From Methanocrinis sp. (GTDB lineage: Archaea > Halobacteriota > Methanosarcinia > Methanotrichales > Methanotrichaceae): a stretch of 52,951 nt of DNA. Location of the stretch: assembly GCF_049974945.1 (NCBI RefSeq), contig NZ_JBNGCU010000002.1, positions 1 to 52,951 of the forward strand, read 5' to 3'. The position numbers were made by a program, and so were the translations under genes. Positions 8,947 through 18,477 of the stretch are shown in pieces. The stretch's first letter is position 1; every line of letters starts with the position of its first letter. The notes beneath the pieces are model-generated. The model was not told the DNA's origin. It searched no databases and was given only the letters and a program-made list of their open reading frames with translations.

Positions 8947-11040
8947 TCACTTCGCCGAGGGATCGAGCCTCTCCAGCATCTCTGCGGGGTCGGTCGTCGG
9001 CCGCTGGCAGACGCATCCCGAGCAGACGTAGGCCGTCGCCTTCCCCTCGGCCATCTCCATCTCCTCTGTGAACTCGGCGATCCCGGCGATCTCCACCTCC
9101 TCTCCCGGCGGCCTGAGGAGGACCGCCGTCCTGGGGAGAAAATTCGACCTCAGGGCTTCGAGCATCTTTTTGGTATCCGGAGAGTCCCTGGGCCCCGCTA
9201 TCACCACCTCCGAGGCCGGCCCCAGGGCCAGGTCGAGGGCCGAGAGGAGGTGGAGGTGGGCCTGGGGGACGGCTCTCGCCCGGGCGGCGAAGGCCTCGAA
9301 GGTCTTTGAGGCGATCTCTTCGAGCTTCGGGTCGCCCGTCATCCGAGAGAGCCTCAAAAGGTCAAAGACGGCTACGGCGTTTCCGGAAGGGTGGGCCCCG
9401 TCGTGCCCCTCCTTTCTGCGGAGGATCAGCTCCTCGCCGTCCACCGGTGTGAAGTAGAAGCCGCCACCCTCCTCGTCCAGAAACCGGATCACCATATCTC
9501 GGCAGAGGTCCTGGGCGGCCCTGAGGTATCTCACCTCGAAGCCCGCCTCGTAAAGCTCGACCAGACCCCAGATGAGAAAGGCGCTGTCGTCCAGGTTGCC
9601 CAGGATCCCCGCGGTCCCCTCCCGGTAGCGGTGGAGGAGGCGGCCTTTATCATCCCTCATCCTCTCCAGGATGAAGTCAGCGGCCCCGGACGCCGCCTCC
9701 TCCAGCTCCTCTTCGCCAAGAACCCGGGCGCCCTTGGCGAGAGATGCGATCATCAGGCCGTTCCAGTCGGTGAGGATCTTGTCGTCCTTTTTGGGCCTGA
9801 CCCTCTCCTCCCTCGCCGAAAATAGCCTCTTTCGGGCGGCTTCTATCCTCTCTTTGAGCCTCGATTCTCCAACCCCCAGCTCTTTTGCTACCTCTTCGAT
9901 CGGCCTTTTCATGTGGAGGACGTTCTTTCCGGTGAAGCGGCCCGTCGCCTCCTCTCTGTAGTTTCCCTCCCTTCCGACGCCGAATGCGCTGACCACAAGA
10001 TCGGCCTCCTCCTCGTCGAGGACGGCCCGGATCTCCTCCTCGGTCCAGAGGTAGAACTTCCCCTCCTCTCCCTCGCTGTCGGCGTCCTCCGCAGAGCAGA
10101 AGCCGCCTTCAGGAGATCTCAGATCCCTCAGGACGTAGGCGAAGACCTCCGAGGCGATCCGGCCGTACCTCGCATCGCCGGTCGCCTGGTGCGCCTCCAG
10201 GCAGGCGAGGGCGATCATCGCCTGGTCGTAGAGCATCTTCTCGAAGTGGGGAAGAAGCCAGCCGGCATCGGTGGAGTAGCGGTGAAAGCCGTAGCCCACC
10301 TGGTCGAAGATCCCGCCCCTCCTCATGGCGTTGAGGGTGATCTCGGTCATCTGCCGCCCCCCGGGCTCACCGGTCCTCTTCCAGTGGCGGAGGAGGAAGA
10401 GGAAGGTGGTGGGCGAGGGGAACTTGGGCGCGCCTCCAAACCCGCCGTTGGCGGGGTCGAAGCGGGCGACGAGACTCTGGTATGCCGACTTGATCGCCGA
10501 CTCGTCGAGGCTCATCCCCGGGATCTCCGACGGCGGCTTTTTGATGGCGGCCACGATCTCCTCTGCCGAACTCAGGAGTTCTTCCCTCTGGCTCCTCCAG
10601 AGTTGGCCGATCCTGGGTACCAGGTCGAGCATCCCGATCCTCCCACCCCTGCTCTCTTTCGGGATGTAGGTGGCTGCAAAGAAGGGCTTCTTATCCGGGG
10701 TGAGGATGAGGTTGAGGGGCCAGCCGCCTCCTCCCGTCATCATCTGGCAGACCTCCATGTAGATCGCATCGAGGTCGGGCCGCTCCTCCCGGTCCACCTT
10801 GATGCAGACGAAGTTGGCGTTCAAGAGCCTCGCCACCTCCTCGTCCTCGAAGGACTCGCGGGCCATGACGTGGCACCAGTGGCAGGTGGAGTAGCCTATG
10901 GACAGGAAGACCGGCTTATCCTCCCTCTTCGCCGCTCTGAATGCCTCCTCCCCCCACGGCCTCCAGTCCACGGGGTTGTCTTTGTGCTGCAGGAGGTAGG
11001 GGCTCACTTCAAAGGCCAGGCGGTTCCTTTCTTTTCCCAT
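8947..11040 (-). CDS. YyaL/SPATA20-type thioredoxin-domain protein (DUF255 + alpha-barrel)
   Basis: [34 protein letters not shown] motifs. Confidence 0.93.
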   Translation of the reverse strand: MGKERNRLAFEVSPYLLQHKDNPVDWRPWGEEAFRAAKREDKPVFLSIGYSTCHWCHVMARESFEDEEVARLLNANFVCIKVDREERPDLDAIYMEVCQMMTGGGGWPLNLILTPDKKPFFAATYIPKESRGGRIGMLDLVPRIGQLWRSQREELLSSAEEIVAAIKKPPSEIPGMSLDESAIKSAYQSLVARFDPANGGFGGAPKFPSPTTFLFLLRHWKRTGEPGGRQMTEITLNAMRRGGIFDQVGYGFHRYSTDAGWLLPHFEKMLYDQAMIALACLEAHQATGDARYGRIASEVFAYVLRDLRSPEGGFCSAEDADSEGEEGKFYLWTEEEIRAVLDEEEADLVVSAFGVGREGNYREEATGRFTGKNVLHMKRPIEEVAKELGVGESRLKERIEAARKRLFSAREERVRPKKDDKILTDWNGLMIASLAKGARVLGEEELEEAASGAADFILERMRDDKGRLLHRYREGTAGILGNLDDSAFLIWGLVELYEAGFEVRYLRAAQDLCRDMVIRFLDEEGGGFYFTPVDGEELILRRKEGHDGAHPSGNAVAVFDLLRLSRMTGDPKLEEIASKTFEAFAARARAVPQAHLHLLSALDLALGPASEVVIAGPRDSPDTKKMLEALRSNFLPRTAVLLRPPGEEVEIAGIAEFTEEMEMAEGKATAYVCSGCVCQRPTTDPAEMLERLDPSAK

Positions 11041-11060
11041 AATAATCCCTCGATCAAGCT

Positions 11061-12392
11061 TCAGGTCCTCTCCGGTCCTTCGGCCGGGCGAGTTTCATCG
11101 ATCGCCTTCTCCTCTTCGGCCTTCTCCGAGGAGTTCCCTCGGTTCTCGTTCAGCTCTCCTCTCTCTTTCGGTTCCGATCTCTGGACAAGGCCCCAGAGAA
11201 CTTCTCCAGGCCTCCCCCACCAGCCAGCCTCGATCACCGTTCCGGGGTAGATGATCGTCCCCGGACCGGTCTTCACCCCCTCACCGAGGACGGCGCCGAG
11301 GCTCCTGCGGCCGGTCTCGGCCCTCGATCTGCCGACGTAAGATTGGATGGCAGAGCCGTCGTGACGCCGGTTGGCGACGATGGTGCCGACGCCGAGGCTG
11401 CAGCCGGGGCCGATGAGGCTGTCTCCGAGGCGGCAGAGGTGGGATATCTCCGTCCCCTCCATGATGGTGCTCTTCTCGATCACGACCCCGTTTCCGATAT
11501 GGACATCATCCCGTATCGATGTGGGGCCTTGGATGAAGTTGTTCGGCCCGATATCGCACCCGTCTCCGATCACCACCGGTCCCGCGACGTAGGTGCCGGA
11601 CCTTATGATCGTCCCTTTCCCTACGGCCACCTCCCCGGAGAGGGTGGCGTTCGCCTCCACCTCGCCGAGGACTCCCCGGGTGTCGGGGGGCATCAGGGTC
11701 TCGTTCGCCTTGAGGACGTCCCAGGGCAGTACGATCTCGATCCAGCTCTCCAGCTCCGTCACCATCACCGGCTCGCCTTCGGCCAGAAGGGTGCTAAGAC
11801 CCGCCAATAGCTCCCTCTCCTGATCTTCCACGGTCTGCGGATCCGGGACCGCCCTGAGGGCATCGAAGATCCTTCTGTCGAGGAGGCACATCCCGGCGTA
11901 GATCAGGTGGGTGGGGCAGGGCTTTCCCCTCTCGGGGACCGATTTTAGAGCCTTCTCCTCCACCTCCAGGATGGAGTTCCTCTCGGGATCGGGCTCCTCG
12001 ACCCTGGCGGCCGCGACGGCGAGCCCCTCCCATTCGGCCAGCCTCTTGATGGAGTCGGCGTCGCAGAGGACGTCGCCGTTTAAGACCAGAAAACGGTCCT
12101 CGGCACGGTCCTCGGCAGAAAGGAGGGCGTGGCCGGTCCCCAGCCTCTCCTCCTGGACGACGTAATCGATTGCTATCCCGAGATCGCTCCCGTCGCAGAA
12201 GTGGTCGGTGATCTTCTCTTTCTTGTGGCCGACGACGAAGATGAACTCCTCGACCCCCGCCTCCTTCGCCCTCGATACCAGGTGCTCCAGGAGGGGCTTT
12301 CCTCCGATGGGGAGCATCGCCTTCGGGAGGGTGGCGGTGAGGGGCAGCATCCTCCGCCCCTCCCCTGCCGCGAGAACTACTGCCTGCCTCAA
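11061..12392 (-). CDS. GlmU-like sugar-phosphate nucleotidyltransferase / hexapeptide acetyltransferase
   Basis: [12 protein letters not shown]...[15 protein letters not shown] motifs and C-terminal hexapeptide repeats; probable TTG start at 12392. Confidence 0.85.
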   Translation of the reverse strand: MRQAVVLAAGEGRRMLPLTATLPKAMLPIGGKPLLEHLVSRAKEAGVEEFIFVVGHKKEKITDHFCDGSDLGIAIDYVVQEERLGTGHALLSAEDRAEDRFLVLNGDVLCDADSIKRLAEWEGLAVAAARVEEPDPERNSILEVEEKALKSVPERGKPCPTHLIYAGMCLLDRRIFDALRAVPDPQTVEDQERELLAGLSTLLAEGEPVMVTELESWIEIVLPWDVLKANETLMPPDTRGVLGEVEANATLSGEVAVGKGTIIRSGTYVAGPVVIGDGCDIGPNNFIQGPTSIRDDVHIGNGVVIEKSTIMEGTEISHLCRLGDSLIGPGCSLGVGTIVANRRHDGSAIQSYVGRSRAETGRRSLGAVLGEGVKTGPGTIIYPGTVIEAGWWGRPGEVLWGLVQRSEPKERGELNENRGNSSEKAEEEKAIDETRPAEGPERT

Positions 12393-12397
12393 GCTCT

Positions 12398-13324
12398 TCA
12401 GTCTCCCTCGTATATTCTCAGAGCCTCTTCGACGCTCGCGTCGTCGAGGGTGATGGCGCTGATGGCGTCGCACATCCTCGCCGCATCATCCAGGTCCTTC
12501 TGGTGGATGTTCCTTCCGGTGGCGTTCCCTGCGGCGCCGCTGACGTGGATCTGGTCGTAAAGCTGCTTTAGGAAGGACTCCGGGTCGCGGCTTGCGCCCC
12601 CGGCGCAGACGACCTTCGTTCTCCCGGCGGCGGCCACCGCCTCCTTGAAGATCTCCTCGGACCTCTCGCCCTCCTTTTTGGGGTAGTTGACCTTGACGAA
12701 GTCCGAGCCGAGGGCTGCGGCGACCCCGGTCGCCCCCGCGATCAGCTGAGGGTCCTTCTCGTCTTTGACGGCTTTTCCCCTCGGGTAGATCCAGAGGACG
12801 GTGACCAGGCCCTGGCGGTGGGCCCGGTAGACGATCCGGGCCGCCTCCCGGAGCATATCGGCCTCGAATTCGCTTCCCAGGTAGATGGTATATCCGACCC
12901 CCAGGATGTCAAGGCCACTCTCGTCGGCGAAGTCTGCCACCTGGCCGACCTCGATCAGCTGGCGGCTCCTGGGGTCCATCTGGTCTGTTCCCACCAGGTT
13001 CGTCTTAGAGTTCAGCTTCGCCAGGTAGGGGACCTCTGGATAGTCCATCCCGTACCGCGCGATGAGGCCGAGTTGGGTGGCGAAGACCCCGATCCTTCCC
13101 TTCTTCGCGATCCGGAAGAGGTGCTCGGGATCACCGTCGTCGGGGCTGATCCCGGGGCCGAAGAAGTCGTCGTTTAAATGCTCTACCTTCTGGTCTCCGG
13201 CAAAGAGCATCAGCCGGCCGCTCTCTGCTGTGATCTTGAGGTAGCTCTCGATGTACTCTTCGCGCCTCTCGGGCGGGACGTCCAGGGGCACCAGGACGTC
13301 CTCTGGTCCTATTCTAATTGTCAT
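12398..13324 (-). CDS. Class I (DhnA/FbaB-like) fructose-bisphosphate aldolase
   Basis: MLFAGDQKVEH, GYTIYLGSE, LWIYPRG, DFVKVNYP (Schiff-base Lys), GRNIHQ. Confidence 0.88.
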   Translation of the reverse strand: MTIRIGPEDVLVPLDVPPERREEYIESYLKITAESGRLMLFAGDQKVEHLNDDFFGPGISPDDGDPEHLFRIAKKGRIGVFATQLGLIARYGMDYPEVPYLAKLNSKTNLVGTDQMDPRSRQLIEVGQVADFADESGLDILGVGYTIYLGSEFEADMLREAARIVYRAHRQGLVTVLWIYPRGKAVKDEKDPQLIAGATGVAAALGSDFVKVNYPKKEGERSEEIFKEAVAAAGRTKVVCAGGASRDPESFLKQLYDQIHVSGAAGNATGRNIHQKDLDDAARMCDAISAITLDDASVEEALRIYEGD

Positions 13325-13332
13325 GATCCTTC

Positions 13333-14268
13333 TCACTCCTCCTCGATCGTCTCCAGCTCCACCTGGTGCGCTATCTCCTCGACATCTCTCTTCTGGGCGA
13401 GGGCGGTACCGACCCGGAGGGTGGTAGCCGTTCCTGCCGCCGTCGCGAGGATCAGAGACTCACTGAGGCTCTTTCCCGAGACCTGGCCGTAGATGAACCC
13501 CGCCACCGAAGAGTCGCCAGCTCCGATCGTGTTCACCACCTCGACCTTCGGGGGGACCGCCTGGTAGACATTTCCGTCCGAGACCAGGAGGATCCCCCTC
13601 GGCCCCATGGAGACGAGGACAATCTCGACGCCGCGCCTGTTGATCTCGCGGGCAGCCTCCAGGATATCGCCTCTCTTCTCGAGTTTTCTTCCCACCAGGG
13701 AGGAGAGCTCGTGGATGTTCGGCTTGATCACGTCGGGCTTTCCCCCGATCCCCACCCTCAGGGCCTCTCGATCGACGTCCAGGACCACCCTCGCTCCTCG
13801 AAGCCGGGCGGTCTCGATGATCTTCCGATAGATCTCGGGGTGGGCTCCAGGCGGTAGGCTTCCTCCGATGCTAAAAAACTCCGGGTCCTCGATCCTCTTT
13901 ATGACGTCGGTGATCTCCAGAAGCTCGAAGGGCTTGATCTTGGGGCCCGAGGAGTTGAGGATGATCTGCCGTCCCGTGTTCATCTCGTGGATGACGATGT
14001 TGATCCTCGTCTCGCCGGAGACGGGGATGAAGTCGCACGAGGTCCCGTCCCTGATCAGCTGGGCCACCAGCTGCCGGCCCGCAAAGCCCGCGATGAAGCC
14101 GAGGGCCCGGTTCTCGATTCCGAGGGCGGTCAGGACCTTGGAGACGTCGATCCCCTTGCCTCCGGCGTAGCTCTCCTCTCTCACGATCCGGTTTGATACG
14201 TCCTCTCGAATCTCGTTGATCCAGAGGGTCCGGTCCAGGGCAGGGTTGAGGGTTATGGTGTAAATCAT
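13333..14268 (-). CDS. pfkB: PfkB/FruK-family sugar-phosphate kinase (1-phosphofructokinase-like)
   Basis: MIYTITLNPALD, GGKGIDVS, IKPNIHEL, NTIGAGDS signatures. Confidence 0.9.
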   Translation of the reverse strand: MIYTITLNPALDRTLWINEIREDVSNRIVREESYAGGKGIDVSKVLTALGIENRALGFIAGFAGRQLVAQLIRDGTSCDFIPVSGETRINIVIHEMNTGRQIILNSSGPKIKPFELLEITDVIKRIEDPEFFSIGGSLPPGAHPEIYRKIIETARLRGARVVLDVDREALRVGIGGKPDVIKPNIHELSSLVGRKLEKRGDILEAAREINRRGVEIVLVSMGPRGILLVSDGNVYQAVPPKVEVVNTIGAGDSSVAGFIYGQVSGKSLSESLILATAAGTATTLRVGTALAQKRDVEEIAHQVELETIEEE

Positions 14269-14371
14269 GGATGAAGCCGCCGTATTTGGATTAAGCAGTG
14301 GATCTTTTTTGTCTTCACATATCCAATTCGGAGAGCAAGAGCAGGGGAAGGCTTGCGAACCTCCCCATCGG

Positions 14372-16105
14372 TCACCATCTCCTCCGCTTCCGATATATCT
14401 CGATCATCGTCTCTATCGTATCGGGATCGACCATCCCCATTGTGGATACCGTCTCGTAGAACCTTCCGGGGATCCTGGCCTTTTCAAGGTCGAAGCCCTC
14501 CCGCCTCTTGAACCGATACTTCTCATCGAAGATCCTCCGGCCGAGGGCCTCCAGCTCCTCCTCGGTCTTCTCGATCCCGACAGAGGCAAGGGCCTCGATG
14601 ATCTTCTCGGTGGAGTAGACGCCTCTTGCGAAGAGGCAGCCCACCAGGGAGTTGTAGACTCCCCTGGAGTCATCCTCTCTGATGATGGCGTCGACCATCT
14701 CCTCGGGGCTGAGTTTCTTCTTTGCGGCCTTCTGATCGATGCTGTATCCGGCGTTGTCGAGGTGAGAGTGCCTCACCCCCACGGTGAGGCCGATGATGGA
14801 GGCGGGACCGGTATGGTAGCCGGGAACCTCGTTTTTGCCCAGAGCCATGGCGAAGTCTCGGCCGCCGTACTTCTCGGAGGCCGCCTCCACCCCCTCGGCC
14901 ATGGCGGCGTAGAGCTCGTTTGGCATCTTGACGATCTCGTCGATCGCCTTCAGGTAGCCCTCGACGTCGTCCCATCTGAGGGCCAGGCCCAGGGTATCCT
15001 CGGTGGTTATGAGCCCCCGTTCAAAGGCCTCCGTCGCCCAGGCGAGGACGACCCCCGTGCTGATGGCATCGATCCCCTGCCGCTCGCAGGCCTCGATCAG
15101 CTCCAGCATTCCCTCCGGGGAGGAGACGCCGAGGTTCGACCCCAGGGCGTAGATCAGCTCGAAGTCGTAGGAGATCTTCCTGATCTCGTACTCATGCTCG
15201 CGGGAGAAGGAGGTCTTCAGCATCCCGATGTGGATGCATCCTATGGGGCAGTGGGCGCAGGATACCCTCCGGAAGAGGTAGTTGTCGGCGAGAACTTCGC
15301 CGCTGATCCTCTCCGCCGCCTCGAAGCTGCTCTCTTTGAAGTTTCGGGTGGGAAGCCCCTTCAGCTGGTTTAAGACGTTGATGTTGATGGGGGTTCCGAT
15401 GTCGTGATACTTCTCCATGGCGTCGGTCTTGACTACGGTTTTGTAGAGCTTGTTGTAGATAGCCCTGTACCTCTTGGAGTCTGGAACCTCGACGTCCTCG
15501 GTCCCCGAGACGACGATAGCCTTCAGGTTCTTCGACCCGAACGCTGCCCCCAGGCCGAGCCTTCCGAAGTGCCGATAGGTGTCGACGACGACGCCAGCGT
15601 ACTTGACCTGCCTCTCTCCACCGGGTCCGATCCTGATGATGGACCTTCGGCCCACCCCCTTCTCCACGTCGCGCAGGATGTAGCCGACTATGGTGGCGGG
15701 TATCCCCCATATCGATCTCGCGTCCTTGATCTTCACCTCGCCGTCCCTGATGGAGATGTAGCAGGGGCTTTCTGCGGCGCCCCTGATGACGATCGACTCG
15801 TGGCCCGCAAACCTCATGGCCATGGCGAGCCTGCCTCCCGCGTAGGACTCGCCCAGCTCGCCGTTGAGGGGCGACTTGAAGGCGGCGACGGTCTTGGTGA
15901 TCGCCGGAAAGAGGGCGTTCAAGGGGCCGATGGAAAATATTATCGGAGCCTCCGGAGAGAGGGGGTCGATGCCTTCGGGACACTCCTCAAAGAGGAGCTG
16001 GGTCGCGACCCCAGTCCCGCCCAGCCACTCCTCGAAGAGGTCCTGCCTCTCCTCGACCCAGCTCTCGCCTTCGCCGAGATCGATGTAAAGAACTCTTCTC
16101 AGCAT
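14372..16105 (-). CDS. Tungsten aldehyde:ferredoxin oxidoreductase family, probably GorL-like glyceraldehyde-3-phosphate oxidoreductase large subunit
   Basis: RVLYIDL, KSPLNGELGESYAGG, GRLGLGAAFGSKNLKAI, CAHCPIGC, GIDAISTG; ATG at 16105. Confidence 0.85.
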   Translation of the reverse strand: MLRRVLYIDLGEGESWVEERQDLFEEWLGGTGVATQLLFEECPEGIDPLSPEAPIIFSIGPLNALFPAITKTVAAFKSPLNGELGESYAGGRLAMAMRFAGHESIVIRGAAESPCYISIRDGEVKIKDARSIWGIPATIVGYILRDVEKGVGRRSIIRIGPGGERQVKYAGVVVDTYRHFGRLGLGAAFGSKNLKAIVVSGTEDVEVPDSKRYRAIYNKLYKTVVKTDAMEKYHDIGTPININVLNQLKGLPTRNFKESSFEAAERISGEVLADNYLFRRVSCAHCPIGCIHIGMLKTSFSREHEYEIRKISYDFELIYALGSNLGVSSPEGMLELIEACERQGIDAISTGVVLAWATEAFERGLITTEDTLGLALRWDDVEGYLKAIDEIVKMPNELYAAMAEGVEAASEKYGGRDFAMALGKNEVPGYHTGPASIIGLTVGVRHSHLDNAGYSIDQKAAKKKLSPEEMVDAIIREDDSRGVYNSLVGCLFARGVYSTEKIIEALASVGIEKTEEELEALGRRIFDEKYRFKRREGFDLEKARIPGRFYETVSTMGMVDPDTIETMIEIYRKRRRW

Positions 16106-16121
16106 CCGGTTCACCTCCCCC

Positions 16122-16595
16122 TCACTCTTCCACCTCTTCCATCTCCAGGACTCCGTGGGGGCAGAAGGCGACGCAGGCTCCACAGTGCTTGCACTTGACC
16201 GCCTTTTCTTCGGCGTCCAGGGAGATCGCCCCGATGAGGCAGGCGTCGGCGCAGGCGCCGCACCCCTCGCAGAGGTCGCGGTGGAAGACGACCCGTCCGT
16301 CCTCCTTCTGCACCAGGGCCCCCGTGGGGCAGGCCGCAACGCAAGGGGGGTCTTCGCAGGCGTGGCAGACCACCACGGCGAAGTCGCCCTCCAGGCCCCC
16401 CTGAGTCTTCACCTTGATGGCGCTTCTGTCCAGGGAGGCTCGGCCGGTATTGATCCTGCTGCAGGCGAACATGCAGGAGAGGCAGCCTATGCACCTCTCC
16501 GGATGGGCGACCTTCAGCCTTCGTCTCTTTCTCTTCGTCTTCTCGGGCTCCCCTCCTTTCGAAACGCTTCCTGCCTCGCCTTCGGCCTTTCTCAT
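16122..16595 (-). CDS. 4Fe-4S polyferredoxin (DmsB-like; GorS-like small subunit)
   Basis: CIGCLSCMFAC, CHACEDPPCVAACP, CEGCGACADAC, CKHCGACVAFCP; start uncertain (16595 or 16643). Confidence 0.88.
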   Translation of the reverse strand: MRKAEGEAGSVSKGGEPEKTKRKRRRLKVAHPERCIGCLSCMFACSRINTGRASLDRSAIKVKTQGGLEGDFAVVVCHACEDPPCVAACPTGALVQKEDGRVVFHRDLCEGCGACADACLIGAISLDAEEKAVKCKHCGACVAFCPHGVLEMEEVEE

Positions 16596-16941
16596 CGGTC
16601 CTGCTCCCCTCTCCACCTCGTCGGGTTTTGCGGACGACTCCAAACCAGCTCACAACCTCGATATTGATCGGTCCCGAGTTCAAACTTCTCCTCTCAAACG
16701 GCAGAACTCTATGGCCATTCGCCGATTAGAATGACCTAAAGTTAGTTCGCACAATTATTAATCATTTCTCATCAGGGTTTCCGGATGGAGATGAGGCGGT
16801 GGAGAAAAAGTCGGTGGGGTCTCAGGTCAACAAATTTGGCCTAAGCCAATATGTTAAATAACAGTAATAATATTCCAAAGGCTTTTATACGGATTATTTC
16901 GACGGCTATGGTTGTTCACATTCACCTCCTAGCTGGATGAA

Positions 16942-17035
16942 GGCTCCCTGGCGGGTTGCTCGGCGGCTACATCCAGGGGGCCATATTCTATTTTGGCACC
17001 AGAGCGGTTGCTTGACTGCTACACTATGATGGTGC
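16942..17035 (-). repeat. Tandem stem-loops with a shared 18-nt loop motif; candidate cis-regulatory RNA
   Basis: GGTTGCTCGGCGGCTACA (16954-16971) and GGTTGCTTGACTGCTACA (17006-17023) are 15/18 identical, and each is closed by a different stem. Confidence 0.6.
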
Positions 17036-17048
17036 GCGTTTTGGTTTT

Positions 17049-18161
17049 TCACTCGGCGTCCTCGAACCTCTCCCCCAGGGTCTTGAGGACGGTGGGCAGC
17101 GTGGTGTACTCCATATCCTCCATGGGCAGGCGGTGGGGCTCGAAGGGGCCGTGTCTTCGCATGTATTCGGTGATCTCGTTTACCCTCGATCTGGTGAGGT
17201 CGAAGGCCGGGTCTCTGAAGAGGTCGACGGGGCCGATCAGCATCCCTTTTGCGATCTGGAATCCGGCGGCGATGATCCTTGGGGGTCCGTCGAACCTGGT
17301 GCATACGGCGTCCTCGAAGGCGCAGGGCATCAGGGGACCGTTGTGGCTCCCCCTCATCCAGCCGCTGACCAGGTGGCCGAGGGAGAAGGGCTCCAGAACT
17401 TCGCCGAGGGCGGGAAGCCCCGACTGGGCCCTCACCAGGGCTACTGGATCGTCTTTTCCTACGTACTTGCCTGCGGTCTGGTAGAGCTTTTCGGTGCTGA
17501 CGACGGCGGCCGGCTCGTCCTCGGGGAGCTTTCCGGGCTTGGGGTAGACCCTCTTGATGACGTACCTGCTCTTGGCGCCGATCAGGGCCAGCATGTCGTA
17601 CATCTCCTTCGGGGACTCCATCATCACCCTCTTGTGCTCCATGATGTCCCAGACCTCGAAGATGAAGCCCTGGTGGATGCTGGGGTCGATGACCAGGCCG
17701 GCGGTGTTGAAGGGGTCGGCAAAGATCCGAAATATGGGCAGGTTAAAGGCGCCGGGCTCGGTCTTGTCCATCATGAAGGCGACGACCGGCTCGGCCCCAC
17801 GCTCGTGAAACTCCATCTCTGCGACCCCCGGTCCCATTCCCTTGATGTTGCCGCAGAAGGCATCGCTCAGGAGGTCCTGGCCCGCGCCGTAGAGCTTCAG
17901 CTCCTCGGCCTTCTCCGTCGCCTTGCACATGACGTCCCAGGCCAGGCCGTGGATCTCGGCGTTGTCCTCTCCGAGGAGGTGGGTCATCATCAGCTGGAGG
18001 TCGTCCCCGACCGCCATCACCTTGAAGTCTATGATCCCACCTTTGGCCTTCTCCTGGACCAGGACCGATTCTGCAACCTCTTTCAGTGCGGGGTGAACGG
18101 TGGCGTGTCCGGGCCATCCGCCGACGTCTGCCTTGATCAAGCTGATAGTGATTTTGCTCAT
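17049..18161 (-). CDS. fbp: Bifunctional fructose-1,6-bisphosphate aldolase/phosphatase (class V FBPase)
   Basis: IKADVGG.PGH, LYGAGQDLL, DKTEPGAFN, YVGKDDP, GPFEPHRL...MEYT. Confidence 0.96.
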   Translation of the reverse strand: MSKITISLIKADVGGWPGHATVHPALKEVAESVLVQEKAKGGIIDFKVMAVGDDLQLMMTHLLGEDNAEIHGLAWDVMCKATEKAEELKLYGAGQDLLSDAFCGNIKGMGPGVAEMEFHERGAEPVVAFMMDKTEPGAFNLPIFRIFADPFNTAGLVIDPSIHQGFIFEVWDIMEHKRVMMESPKEMYDMLALIGAKSRYVIKRVYPKPGKLPEDEPAAVVSTEKLYQTAGKYVGKDDPVALVRAQSGLPALGEVLEPFSLGHLVSGWMRGSHNGPLMPCAFEDAVCTRFDGPPRIIAAGFQIAKGMLIGPVDLFRDPAFDLTRSRVNEITEYMRRHGPFEPHRLPMEDMEYTTLPTVLKTLGERFEDAE

Positions 18162-18477
18162 TTACAATCCCCTCTGTCCGGTTGACCCCTCGAATCGAAA
18201 TCGGCATCTATCAAGATAGTTCCGCCTTCGGCCGATGATCGATGGCGGCACCTTGATTCTGATCCTTGCCAACCGGCCGTGGTGATTCTATTGCATGACG
18301 CTGTACTTGCAGCCTTTTACCTGTTACGGTTCCGTTTTTTAGATCTTGATGGCGCAAAGGGCCTTTAGGTGATGTTCTTTTCGATCTTTCCCTTCCTGGA
18401 TCCGAGGATTGCTCATCTCTCAGAGAGTTTTATTATGGGAGAGAGCCAACCTCAGCGGTTGAGGAGCGTTCGAGTTT

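Noticed and set aside
16942-17035. Mini-CRISPR array
   Set aside because: Only two imperfect 18-nt copies, no cas genes, and the copies sit as loops within stems.
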